A stretch of DNA of 64,000 nucleotides from Octopus vulgaris. Its lineage: Eukaryota. The translations under genes and the position numbers were made by a program. Shown here in pieces: positions 50,583 to 62,289 of the stretch. The first letter of the stretch is position 1; each line of letters opens with the position of its first letter. The DNA is taken from contig OX597814.1 of the NCBI GenBank assembly GCA_951406725.2, positions 87,792,001-87,856,000 of the forward strand, read 5' to 3'. The notes beneath the pieces were generated by a model. It did no database searches. It saw only the letters and a program-made list of their open reading frames with translations, and had not been told where the DNA came from.

Positions 50583-51380
50583 ATAAGGATTAAGATATAA
50601 ACTCAAATTCGGTAATCATACTCTTACAGTTATAAATTCGACTTAAAATGCGCATATATACATTAATACATATCGACACATGAATATTAATACAAATATT
50701 TATAAAATATAAATATACATCAAAACATATGTAAATAAGCCCATGTGGGATACGTATGAAAGGAAGTGTGAGAAAAAGATGTGATAAAACATTTTTTGCG
50801 CTAAAATTAAGAGCGGTTAAGAGTTTCAATTAAAAGATAGATAGAAATTGATGTGTTTTTTTAAAATATATAAATGGTATATAAGGTATATAATACAGTT
50901 CGAGGAAGTCCACTTTCTACGGCCGTTTCCAGAGTTCATGTCCTGGTAGAAAAAAATGTGTCAAGAAAGTGATTTTAAGAGGATACCTTTCCTGATGAAG
51001 GGGACATTGTCCGCATGGTTTGTAAGATTTTTTTATTAATTTTTCTGCCAGGACATGAACCCTAGAAACGGCCGTAGAAAACGAACTTCCTTGAATTGTA
51101 TTATATACCTTATACACCATTTATATATTTAAAAAAACTAAAACAAATCGATTTCTATCGATCTTTTAATTGAAACTCTTCACCGATCTAGTACAAAAAT
51201 ATTTATTAGTTTCCTTTCATACGTATCACACATGGGTCTTATTTACATGTATTCTTATGTATATTTATATTTTATAAATATTTTAAAGAATATTCATGTG
51301 TGTCGATATGTATTAATATATCATGTATGCGCATTTTAGTCGAATTCATAACTGTATGAGTATGATTGCCTAATCCTTAT
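50583..51380. repeat. Long imperfect inverted repeat (arms about 370 and 340 bp)
   Basis: ATAAGGATTA...CTACGGCCGTTTCCAGAGTTCATGTCCTGG is the reverse complement of CCAGGACATGAACCCTAGAAACGGCCGTAG...TAATCCTTAT. Confidence 0.9.
50988..51080 (+). ncRNA. Type I hammerhead ribozyme with long stem II
   Basis: Stem I UUUC/GAAA; CUGAUGA (50992-50998); AGGG...CCCU closing stem II; GAAAC-GGCC-GUA (51065-51076). Confidence 0.75.
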
Positions 51381-51529
51381 ATGTGTGTGTGTCACTAAAT
51401 GCGACGAGGGTGTTAAACACCTACATTGCTGGAAATAAGAGCTAAAGCGCTCTAATGCATGCATGTATGTATGTATGTATGTATGTATGTATGTATGTAT
51501 GTATGTCTCTTCTCTTTTTAATTATTATA

Positions 51530-54450
51530 AATCTTCCACTGAGGAGGGAGCTGGTTTCTAACAAAGATACTTGGCTCCATCTTTGGGATGTAGTTAACAC
51601 AGACAGATTCACATTTGGAACTTGAGAAAAGTCTTGTATATCTTCACCGTTCCACTCACAGATTGGACTTGTAACGTACGAATCAGCCGGTCAATTTCTC
51701 TTTCTGAAAATCCCAGTTTATCCACATTCTCCTTTAAGCATTTATTAACAAAACCTAGTGCCCCAATTATTATTGGTTTGAATATGAATTCATAGTATGG
51801 ATATAGAAGCTGGAGGTTTCGAAGCAGTTGTCCATAAATATCCTCTTTTTCTTGGCTTTTCAAAGAGATATTTATATCTGCAGGGCAGCTAACCTCTATG
51901 ATGGTACATACTTTTGCCCCTCTGTCCCAAACAACAATATCCGGCCTGTTATGCTTACATTTGACTGAAGTTTCGATGGAAATATTCCATCAGTATTCCT
52001 TGAGTTGGTGTTTATGAATGTAGTCCATAACAGAAGGATTTTCTAAGTTTACTTCAGGACAGTCTTTTCTGCAGATGGCATTGTAAATTGTTTTAGCAAC
52101 CACATCGTGCCGCATAGGGAGGTAGTACCGTGACGACATTTTAGGACAGCTGCTAATGACAAGCGTAATGTCTTCCACAGAAACATGACATAGCCTACAC
52201 GTGCGGTTGTACCTTGGGATCACAAGAGCGTCACTCTCTCGCTTGTTCACAGGTACTTTGTGGCAATTGCAAATGCAATGTGGGATATTGTTTTGTTGCA
52301 AGAGGAGAATTCCGACTGCCATATTTTCTTAAGTCTGGTATAATATTCTCGTGTCACTCTACATTTTCATCTTTTCTTTCTGTGGAATAGGGAAGATAGA
52401 GAGACCGTCGATGCACAGGTTTTGGGTTTGAGGAATTGACTTTCCTCGTTCTATAACCAAATATGAACATTTCTTTTGCCAAATTCCATGGCAATATCAG
52501 CTGGAAAGGTTGTTGTTAATTCCAGTTGTTGTTATTTTTTTTGGCATTGTTAACACGTTCAGCATAAATCTTCAGGTCGTCTACAAAGAAATTATGAGTT
52601 ACATTGATATTTCTGGCAGTTGAAGATCCTAGCATGTAACCATTTGTTTTTGCTGTAGGAACGATAATGAATTCAGTGCCAAAATGAAAAGAAGTACAAA
52701 AAAACTACCTCCCTGGAATATTCTCTTTGTAATGCCTATACTATTAGAAACAATTATTCTGTACTTAGTTGTAAGGATAAGAATAGTTGTCCATGTCTTT
52801 GTGAGCCTCTCTATAGCAGCAATTAAGGTAGTAGGTGCCTTTGCCAGATGTAAGCACTTCAATAACCATGAATGAGGGATAGATTTGAATGCCTTCTTAT
52901 AGTCAGGCCATGCTGTCACAAGGTTTCTGTGTTGTTGTCTTACTTCAGACAGTACAGCTTTGTTTATTAAAAGTTGTTCGGTACATCCCAACACTCACTT
53001 CTTTCCACTAGCCTGCTCATCAGTCACAATGTTGTTCGACTCACAATGGTCCTGGGGGAATTGGTTGAGGCAACTTGTGGACCATTTGTACATAATGCTC
53101 AGGCAAGCAATGGGCCTGTACAGTAGCGGTTCGTAGATAAAATTAGTCGGGGTGCTGTTTCAGAAAATTTTTAGTCGTTGTTCTAATATTGTGTAAAAGG
53201 AAACAAACATATAACAAGAAAAAATATATATAAACATGATCGGTTCGCGTTTTAGCCACTGCCGGGTAGTGTGTTTAATTTGTTCATTGAACACCGCTGT
53301 GAATTCCCTCTTGTTTTTCAAAAATCCCACCTAAATCACATAATAAGGGGGAAAAATCTGTCCTATTTTTCAAATCCTAGCAGTAACACTGTAGTTGAAA
53401 GCAGGATAATATTCTAATTCTACACTTTATTACATTCAAGAATATAAACACGTTTTTAAGCGCAACACACGCAAAGTTAAAAAGAAACACTACCTTCCAC
53501 CAGCACATTAGGGTCGGCACTGTGTGAATCACAGTGCTCTCTCTCTCTCCCTAGCTTGCAGCTTCCTATCTCGGACATGAGAGCATGCGCGCAACAACCA
53601 AACATTACATCGCAGGAACTGTGAAGCGCACAGTTCTATACAAGGATTTTTGTATTTTTTCAGAAACTAGGGGATGGCTACTGACATTGAGCTTAAAGAT
53701 TATATAATGTACAAGTATAAAGAAAGAATTAAAGGAAAAAAAAAGGACTCGTTATATTGAATGTTATTGATAAGATTGAGTGGAAATAGGGAGTGCTGCA
53801 GTTCCGCAGTGCCTATACACGAGCCGCCACTGGGTCTGTAGTATCCTGCTATCTCGGTGATTTCATTTTTACCAACAAGATTATCTTTGCGTTAGCAAGC
53901 CAATGGGGTATATCAGTCTGACTTTCCTCAGTCCTTTTGAACATACATATCAATTGGTTTCTATACAATGTCAGCTTCTTGTACGAATACCTAACTATTA
54001 GGTCCCTTCCAGGTGTCTACCCATTCTGTAGTTTGCCTACTGCTATAGCGAAGGTTTCTGCATCAATTTTGTATGTTTTACTGTTAGTGTTGGTACAGTA
54101 TTCTTTCTCAGTTGTATTTAACCATAATGCATTCGGATTGAAATCCCTCTTTTCATTCCAAATTCTTGACCACAATGATTGTAGATCTTCTTGCAAGGGA
54201 GCTTTCTTAATGGTAATATTTTCCTTCCTCATCTCTCTGAGTAATGTTTGTGAGTTGGAAGCAAACTTGCAATTGATACTGGCTCGCTAAAAAATTTGCT
54301 TGCGATAGCGGAGTTTCTCGCTCATCGTCCTGAGTTCATGTTATACAGTGATCAGCTTTCTCTTAAGAGCTTGGTGTGAAGAGTTGCCATAAAGTTTCAT
54401 TAATTTTTGTCTAAGGTAGAGTTGGTGAGGAGTAAACTCGTTTTCTCCTT
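51530..54450 (-). mobile_element. Decayed R4/Dong-like non-LTR retrotransposon (RT + CCHC + restriction-like endonuclease)
   Basis: GCTEQLLINKAVL, DYKKAFKSIPHSW, IFQG, FVDDLK, CRLCHVSVEDITLVISSC, RHDVVA, KHNRPDIVVWD, IIEVSCP, PIIIGALG; interrupted by a MITE at 53121-53832. Confidence 0.85.
53121..53832. mobile_element. Non-autonomous hAT-like element (MITE)
   Basis: TIRs CAGTAGCGGTTCGT / ACGAGCCGCCACTG; 8-bp TSD GGCCTGTA (53113-53120) / GGTCTGTA (53833-53840); splits the YRPIACL motif of the host LINE. Confidence 0.85.
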
Positions 54451-55248
54451 ATATATTATTGTTGTATCAAGTCATCCCATAAGTTCTGTTCGATTTTACC
54501 TTTTTTTAAAATTGAATGAAATTTTATAGTATTTTAGAATGTCTAATGGAATTAAAAATTATTTTTTTGCATTTGTGTACATTTAAACTAATTAAATATC
54601 ATATTACAGAATAATAGAATTAAAATTTCTTTGATTAACACTCTTTCTAACATGGAAGTATCCAAAGAGTATTTGAGGCACACCATGAGTTTTATTATGA
54701 AATTTAATGTCAGCATGCTATGAGACCCAACTGAAATGTAATGTCAGCAGCTATGAGACCCAACATCCCACACTCTCTCACTTTCATTAACTCACTTTGT
54801 CTTCTCTGCACATTACTATATCTCTCTCTTCGGTTTACTACTACAATAAGAACATACTTCTACAATAAGAACACACAGGCCGAAATTAACTTTTTTACTT
54901 CGCACGCTCTAGGATTTTATCACCTGCCCGTCGAGGCAAGGTATATTCGATGTAGCGGTAAAAATAAATATTTTCTTCACATCTTCAATCACTATTCTTT
55001 CATTTTTACATAATGAAGAATCTCAGCCTTTTACAAAGTAATTTCTGCCGTTACACATTTCAAGGCATCCCTTAGAAACAAATTACATCCATCCTTCTGT
55101 GTAACAACTATCGTTCACCATATTATCGTAATACAAAATAAATATCAATTGTCACAAAATTAATCTTTATCGTTACAAACTGGTGATCCTGACGTTGCAC
55201 CATAACAGGCATCGTTATAAAAATAAAACGTTATCTTTACACCCCCAC

Positions 55249-55297
<49 letters not shown>

Positions 55298-55314
55298 ATA
55301 TATATTATATATAA

Positions 55315-55655
55315 TCGTTCCAGTCATTTGATTGCGGTTATGCTGGAGGGTTTTAGTCGAACAAATCGACTTATTTTTTTAGTCCTAGTACTTATTCTAT
55401 CGGTTTCTTTTGCCGAACCGTTAAGTTACGGAGACGTAGACAAACCAACGCCAGTTGTGAAGCGGTAGTGGAAGACAAACATAGGCACAAAGACGCACAC
55501 AATAGATATATACATATACATACGACGGGCTTCTTTCAGTTTCCGTCTACCAAATCCACTCACAAGGCTTTGGTCGTCCCTAGGCAATAGTAGAAGACAT
55601 TTGCCCAAGGTGCCACGCATGTGGTTGGGAAACAAGCTTCTTACCACACAGCCAC
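55315..55655 (-). mobile_element. SINE family A with internal deletion
   Basis: Same core and tail. Confidence 0.85.
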
Positions 55656-55818
55656 ATATATGTATGTGTCTGTGTGTCTGTGTATGTGCGCGTTTGTGTA
55701 ACGCGTATTACAACGGAATGCTTTAGAAATTCGCTTCATGAATCACGAAGTCTCGAGTTCAATCCCATACCATACATGCACACATGAATATTAGTGTGCA
55801 CATAACAAGCGCTGGGGG

Positions 55819-55985
55819 TTGGTAAGCGTTGGGAATTGGTAAGCTTTGGGAGTTGAAAAGCGTTGGGAACTGGTAAGCTTTGGGGGTTGGTAAGCGTTGG
55901 GAATTGGTAAGCTTTGGGAATTGGTAAACATGGGCGATTGGTAAGCATTGGGGATTGGTAAGCTTTGAAGATTGATAATTGGCGA
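55819..55985 (+). repeat. 17-bp minisatellite (TTGGTAAGC[G/T]TTGGGAA, about 9-10 units)
   Basis: Units read directly from the sequence; lies just downstream of the PLE GIY-YIG stop codon. Confidence 0.9.
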
Positions 55986-56041
55986 TCCTGCTCATGGGGC
56001 TGGTTGCTGACGGTGACCTTGGTGAAGAGTAGCAGCTAGTA

Positions 56042-56625
56042 CTAAGGTGGTATATCTGGATTGTCGGTTGTCCGAGGATTGCAATTTGCCAGAAAGGCAT
56101 ACCGCTGGTGACAGCAATAACATAAATCGTATTTCTTATTGATGGATAGTGCAAGTTGTTGGAGGATATGCAGTTTTTCGCGGATGCAGAGCTGGCAGTA
56201 GGGAGCGCCGAGTGAATATGGTGGCGCTCTGTCGACAATAGTCCACTTGATGCTGGGTGTTTGGTCTCGGAGGTTACGGAGTCTCCAGAGAAATCGAGAC
56301 AGGAAAGTAGAGTTCTCTCTGCCCCTGGGTCTGAACGAGTGCTTATGCTGGGAGTATCGTCCCTTGAAGTTATTGGCTTTCATACCCGTATAGTGCTTAG
56401 TAACGCCATCAGAGGATGTAAGGGTGGCTCTGTATATTACGGCCTTTTAGAGGCAGTTTCCTTCTAGAGGGCACATGGTGGGGTTTCGGAAGTTGCAGGT
56501 TGGGGTTGGAGGTGCATTTTTTCATCTGTTGATATGTGCAATGTTGGATGTGATGTTGTCTGAGCTGGAGTAACTCACCTTGACATTATAGAAGTTGAAG
56601 AGTTTGAAATACTTGTGACTTCTTA
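56042..56625 (-). pseudogene. Penelope-like element ORF 3' end with GIY-YIG endonuclease
   Basis: KYFKLFNFYNVKVSYS...CNFRNPTMCPLEGNCL*KAVIYRATL...HYTGM...FKGRYSQHKHSF...STFLSRFLW...CQLCIREKLHIL...INKKYDLCYCCHQR, the typical PLE linker and GIY-YIG domain; contains stops. Confidence 0.88.
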
Positions 56626-56982
56626 TATATTCTTTTTTATATTTTTTAGCATATTTTATATATTTTTGCATATTTCATATTTGTACATTAAACATTTTTC
56701 TATAATTTCTTATATTCTTATATTTCTTAATTTATTTTTGTTACTTTTTATTATAATTGATATTATATGGCACGATTATATTCTTATATAACATCCATCC
56801 ACATTACTTACATCATTCGCTTGGTTCTATTTTTATGGTTTTTGCTTTTTATTTATCGTCTCTTTATGTTCGCAGTTCGCTTTAGTGGTATCTTCCACAC
56901 GATCCGTTTGGCTGTTCGAGTTTTTTTCGCGCCGTTTTATATTCACTCAATTATTGAAACTGCTTAGTTCGGTAGAATAGTC

Positions 56983-57036
56983 CACGCCTGAAGAACGTAC
57001 TTGGGTTTCCATGTACATGAAACTATTAGTAGCGTG
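56983..57036 (+). ncRNA. Type I hammerhead ribozyme
   Basis: Stem I CACGC/GCGUG; core CUGAAGA; stem II ACGUAC/GUACAU; GAAA; short palindromic stem III ACUA-U-UAGU; cleavage triplet GUA (57029-57031). Confidence 0.88.
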
Positions 57037-57123
57037 ATTTATGCATGTGAGGTGATCGTATAAAACAATATTTTTACTCTCGCTAGATGGAGTACTCTTC
57101 TTGTTGAAACTTATACGGATCAA

Positions 57124-57167
<44 letters not shown>

Positions 57168-57270
57168 CCGGAGTAAACACATAAATGTGAAACAAGGTGG
57201 AATAAAGAGTACTCAAATACCAGTGGTAGAGTAATATGCTTTATTTAAAGCATCAAAAAATCAACAAAAC

Positions 57271-57308
57271 CTGTTACTCTGAGTTTCCCGTTGCCGTTCA
57301 TCGAACAG
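57271..57308 (-). ncRNA. Degenerate hammerhead motif
   Basis: Minus strand CUGU UCGAUGA ACGGCAACGG GAAAC UCAGA GUA ACAG; stems I and III intact, first two core bases altered. Confidence 0.55.
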
Positions 57309-57689
57309 TTTTTTTATATATATATAATAGTGTACATTTAAACACAAGAGAAAACTACCTTTAACAGGTAATTTTTACACGCTAGAAGAAGCAGTCGAAA
57401 CGACCAAAACCACATTTAAGAGGTAGTTTCCTCTTGTATTTAAATGTACACTATTTTATATTGAGAATATGTTGTCTATTGACTTTTTATACATGCTAGG
57501 CCACTGGTGGTGAAATTTCTTAAAATATTCGCTATCCTATATATTTTACGAATATGATTTTAGCATTTCGAAGATCGGTTCGGCATTTTTCATTTACTTC
57601 CGACTGAAACTGCGCTTGCGCGGTGAAATTTGAACATATAAGGATGAGAACGTGTTATTTGTCTCTAAATTATGTTAATTGTTATGGCA

Positions 57690-57760
57690 CGGCTACTGAT
57701 GAGGATTCGCCTAGCAAATTATTTTACTTGCTGAAGAAATCTGAAACCTAGGTATAACCG
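57690..57760 (+). ncRNA. Type I hammerhead ribozyme
   Basis: Stem I CGGCUA/UAACCG (1 mismatch); CUGAUGA; stem II GGAUU/AAUCU extended by AGCAA/UUGCU; GAAAC-CUAG-GUA. Confidence 0.85.
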
Positions 57761-57817
57761 TAAAAAAATAATAAGGTAAAAGTTTTTATTTTTCATTCAC
57801 TTCGAAAATTACTCTTA

Positions 57818-58430
57818 AATGTGGCCAGATGTTTGGTGTGTTAGTGGTCGCAAAAATTGTCTGACAGCCATGACTGGGTTCTCCAGCATGTGTGGTATGG
57901 TGCAGAGTCCTGTCGCCATATACAGGATCTTCCAGTAGCTACCCTCTTGACCCAGGGCGACACTACTTCCCTCAGGCACTTGATGTAGGCCTCCGTGTTG
58001 AGTGTGAGTCAGCGTGGGAAGATGAATGGAGACATAACGTCGCATTCACTAGTGATCACTCCAAACACCATGATGTTGACTAGATGTTTGATTTTTAGCA
58101 CTTTCGGTTGATGTTTTGGGGACACGGAAAGCCAACGGTTGTTCTGTGTGTTCACTATCTGATCCTGGCAGAACTTTTTCTCGTCTGAGAAAAATCAAAG
58201 CATATTCGGTTGGAGGGGATGCTTGAGATTGTTTAAAAGCTTCGTAGCGCGGCTGTTCCTTTTGTTCTTGATGGCTTGGTATAAGAATTGGCCCTTTCTC
58301 ATTTTGTATGAGGAATACCAAATGTCTTCATGCACTCCATGTTCCTGGTGATGGACTTGATTGACTTGGAGGGATCGTTGTCAATCATGGCCTGGATCTC
58401 ATCAACAAATTCAAGAGTTATTTTCTTATC
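57818..58430 (-). mobile_element. Second copy (fragment) of the same maT-like element
   Basis: Reverse complement is closely similar to 42590-43150. Confidence 0.82.
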
Positions 58431-58443
58431 CTTTCTCTCTCTC

Positions 58444-58510
<67 letters not shown>

Positions 58511-58627
58511 TCACCACCGCCCTCACCGTCTCTATGCCTGCTATTACTCTCGCCCCATCATGAGGAACATGTGAGAGAGGGGGGGTCTAAATGTGACACA
58601 CTGACACACCAAATTAGTTTTCGCATT

Positions 58628-58674
<47 letters not shown>

Positions 58675-58989
58675 TATATATATATACACACACTATAAAT
58701 ATACATATATATAGACATGTATGTATGTATGTATGTATGTATGTATGTATGTATGTATGTATGTATGTATGTATGCATCTATGTACGGCTATCTTGTGTT
58801 CAATAATTTTCTAAAATGAAAACAGATCTTTTAAAATTTATGTGTTTCCTTTTTCTTTAAATCCGTTCCATAAAAGGGTGTGGTTTGTAACTCAGAAACC
58901 AAGATTCATCATTGGAATTTAGATAAATTACATCTTGAATTTCTGAAAGGTCTTGCACATTTTTACTGTTCAACTAACACGCGCGCGCG

Positions 58990-59079
<90 letters not shown>

Positions 59080-59588
59080 CGAATCAGCAGAGGCGTTGTA
59101 GTTGCTGCTGTATGAAGAAGCTGTGTATCTGGGCGTGAACCAGGATCTCGTTGTTATTGACTCGGTCAAACCACTTAATGTCTAGGATCGTTTCAAACTG
59201 CCTTATCTGGAGTCGATACTTGAAATCTCACTGACGTAAAACACCATGTTGAGGACACAACCCCTGTGTTCATTTTTAGCTTACTGTTCTAGACCAGGCG
59301 TGGTCAGCCATTTTTGAGAAGTAGGTCGCATGAGACATAGTTAATCATCAAGCAGACTGCAATATCTGATACATATTTGATCGACCCCAAAAGGATGAAA
59401 GGCAAAGTCGACCTCGGCATTATTTGAACTCAGAACGTAAAGATGGACGCAGTACATACTATACTGAACGTGCATGTACGCTGAAAATAAATAAAGCTCG
59501 CTCTTTTTCACCGCTATAATAACATTTTCATAGTTGCAGAAATAAATTTCATTAACAGGTTGAAGAAAATGAAGAAAGAGAAATTATT

Positions 59589-60017
59589 GGATCTTTTCGG
59601 TTTGAACGACAGTTTTTTAAAATAATTTCCACGTAACTAAACACTTTTAAACTTCGTATACTAGTAGAATGTGTTTATAAAACATCTTTTTCTCTTGGCT
59701 TTATTGAGAAAATTCTATAGTTTGTAAGATACTTGTTGTTTTTTTTCTTCAATTTCTGCAATTTCAACCAATCAATGACGTTTATTGAGGTAAAAAAACA
59801 TTCTGTGCCGTATGAATATGTCCCTCGTTTAAGAAACAGATTGGGTTTATTTACATTTATGAAGAAAAAAAGATACCCTTCCCCCCACTCCTAACCCTAA
59901 CTAACCCTAACCCTAAAACAGATTGAAATGCAATAGATCAATACTAGGGTCATAATTATGGGTGAAAATTTCGTATGACACAGCTAGAAAAAACTGCCGT
60001 TCAAACCGAAAAGATCC
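59589..60017. mobile_element. Non-autonomous Merlin-like MITE containing (CCCTAA)n
   Basis: TIRs GGATCTTTTCGGTTTGAACGACAGTTTTT / AAAAACTGCCGTTCAAACCGAAAAGATCC; perfect 8-bp TSD AAATTATT. GG termini plus an 8-bp TSD fit Merlin. Confidence 0.8.
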
Positions 60018-60468
60018 AAATTATTTACTAAATTAATTTATTTACGTTCATTTAATATTTACAGTACATTTATGAGACAAAAGAAAACTGTCGTAGAGGA
60101 TTACAACATAAAATTTATATTAACTAATTCTTCCATACTAAGCTACTAGAGCTTTACATAACGATTCAAAATAGTCTTGTTGAATTAAGAATTAGACATG
60201 GCATAACAATAGCCAATATCTCAAGAGAAAGTGTCGTAGAATCGAGTGACAATCAGCGAACACTGATTAATCTCCCCAAAAATCAGGGTTTTTATAACTG
60301 CTCATACCTGAATTCTGAGAACCGTATTTCGTGAAAGATTTCTCTTTGACGAAAGTTTAGAATTCAAATATGGGCAGTAATTTTAACCAATGGGAAACTA
60401 ACAATTATACCTATTTGGGCAACGTGACCATTACGTCATATTACCGTCGATAAAGGTTTATTATGACT

Positions 60469-60625
60469 TGTATGTATGTATGTATGTATGTATGTATGTA
60501 TGTATGTATGTATGTATGTATGTATGTATGTATGTATGTATGTATGTATGTATGTATGTATGTATGTATGTATGTATGTATGCATGTATGTATGTATGTA
60601 TGTGTATATATTTATATATATATAG
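60469..60625. repeat. (TATG)n microsatellite
   Basis: Read directly from the sequence. Confidence 0.97.
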
Positions 60626-61599
60626 GTAGGCAGGCAGGTAGGTATTGCCTTTATAAACGTAGCTTCCTACTCTCTCTTGTCACTCTCGCCATCACCATTG
60701 CAGTGAACCCGTGATTGTCCCGTTGGAAACTTGTAACCTTTAATTTCTATTGTGCAGTAATTGATACATAAAAAAAAAAGTTAATAAATCATTTTGAAAT
60801 TTGTCCTTTGCGTTGTGTCATTTGTATCTCGATCAATAAACCTATATTTGCTCTTTAGCACTTGATTTATATCCACTAGTATTGCATGCATTTTTCATTC
60901 TATATGACTTAAGTAACTAGCTTTTTAACATCAAATATTAAACCGGTTTATTGATGTAGTCTTTTTGATTTATTTGAATATTTCTTCTATATTTCAAACA
61001 GCATGATGTTTCCGACAACTGTCCTTTTTTTTTTCAATGCCCCAGTATTTCTCATACTGTTCCTTTTTCCTTAGGTTTACTTTTAATTTTACATATTTAT
61101 TCCTTTTTTTCTTTCTTTTTACTAGGCTTGCAACTCCTATTTCATTTCCTTCTCCCCTAAAATATAAGGGAAAAGGTAATGAAAAGTATGTCTTGCATAC
61201 GCCAGAGAAGCGATGTAGCTAAAATCCCTTTTCTAGGGATTGTAATTGTCTCCTTGCCTTATTACGTACTTTCTCCATTTTACATTGAAACCGACAGTTT
61301 TAGCTATATATTTGTAACACAAAACTAATTTTTTTTATGTGCGAGCAGAGAATACATTGATTAAATTTCGGCAATATATTAGTGGTCTATCTGTTATCTC
61401 ACAAAAATTTACTGATTCGTAATAGTATAACAAACAAGGGAGGCAACTTATTCAATAATGGGGCGTTATAGTTCATTCTTCTCACCTTTCAGGCGTTACA
61501 AGTTAGCCAATAGAGCGAAATTAACCAAACACTTAAACATTAATGATACACTCTTACGTATTTTTGTACATAATCCTTTAACTGCTGCTCTTCTACCGC

Positions 61600-62280
61600 A
61601 GGCGGACTCATTCTGCTATCTTGGAAGCAACTTGGCTTCTGCATCTTTTGGGAGACTTAGTGAATGAGTCTTTCGGAATAAGAACCTTAGAACAATTACA
61701 AGAATCTCTGTTTATCGAGCTGTCTGTATACCCATCCTCCGGTACGGGTTTAAGCGCTGGATCTTTTATCGGCGTTCCGTATCAGATCATTGCAAAGTAT
61801 CCTCGGTCTCATGTGGCAGGACAGGGAACCACATATCGAAATCCTCCTGAGGGCTGGGATCCACAGCGTCGAGGCCTGCTTCCTTCGTCGTTTTCTACTC
61901 TGGGTTGGCCATGCGATTCAGATGCCGGGTAACCGGCTCTCAAAGACAGTGCTCTTCAGCGTGATCGAGACTGGATGAAGACCACATAGACGTCCAAAAC
62001 TTCGTTTTCACGATCATCGTAAACGGTCTCCCATTTGATGCTGTGTTCCTCCCAATCGGTTTGAGGCTCTGGCTATTAATCGGAAGTAATGGAAGTTCGT
62101 GTATGATGCTGGAGCAGATCGCTTTGAAACCGAATGCAGGAGATTGCATAAAAGGAGGAGGCGACGTCGTCATCAACCCTTCCACTCTGCAGCGGTTGTA
62201 GGGATCACTTTCAATGCACCCAGTGCCACAGTATCAGCTTATCTCATTTCGGTCTTGTCAGTCACGTCCGCTCCCATGAG
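61600..62280 (+). mobile_element. RTE (BovB-like) LINE 3' fragment
   Basis: FCYLGS, ASASFGRL, LGLMWQDR, LLWVGHAIQMPGNRLSKTVLF, and a terminal C2H2-like remnant. Confidence 0.75.
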
Positions 62281-62289
62281 AAACAATGT

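Noticed and set aside
55819-55985. Regularly spaced short repeats resembling a CRISPR array
   Set aside because: Head-to-tail minisatellite with no unique spacers, no cas genes, and a eukaryotic context.
57375-57420. CTAGAAGAAGCAGTCGAAACGACCAAAACCAC as a further hammerhead (also at about 47000-47035 on the minus strand)
   Set aside because: A hairpin is present, but both core segments deviate and no stem I or cleavage triplet can be assigned.
59890-59917. True telomere or chromosome-fusion scar
   Set aside because: Only about four units, and they are internal to a TIR/TSD-bounded MITE.
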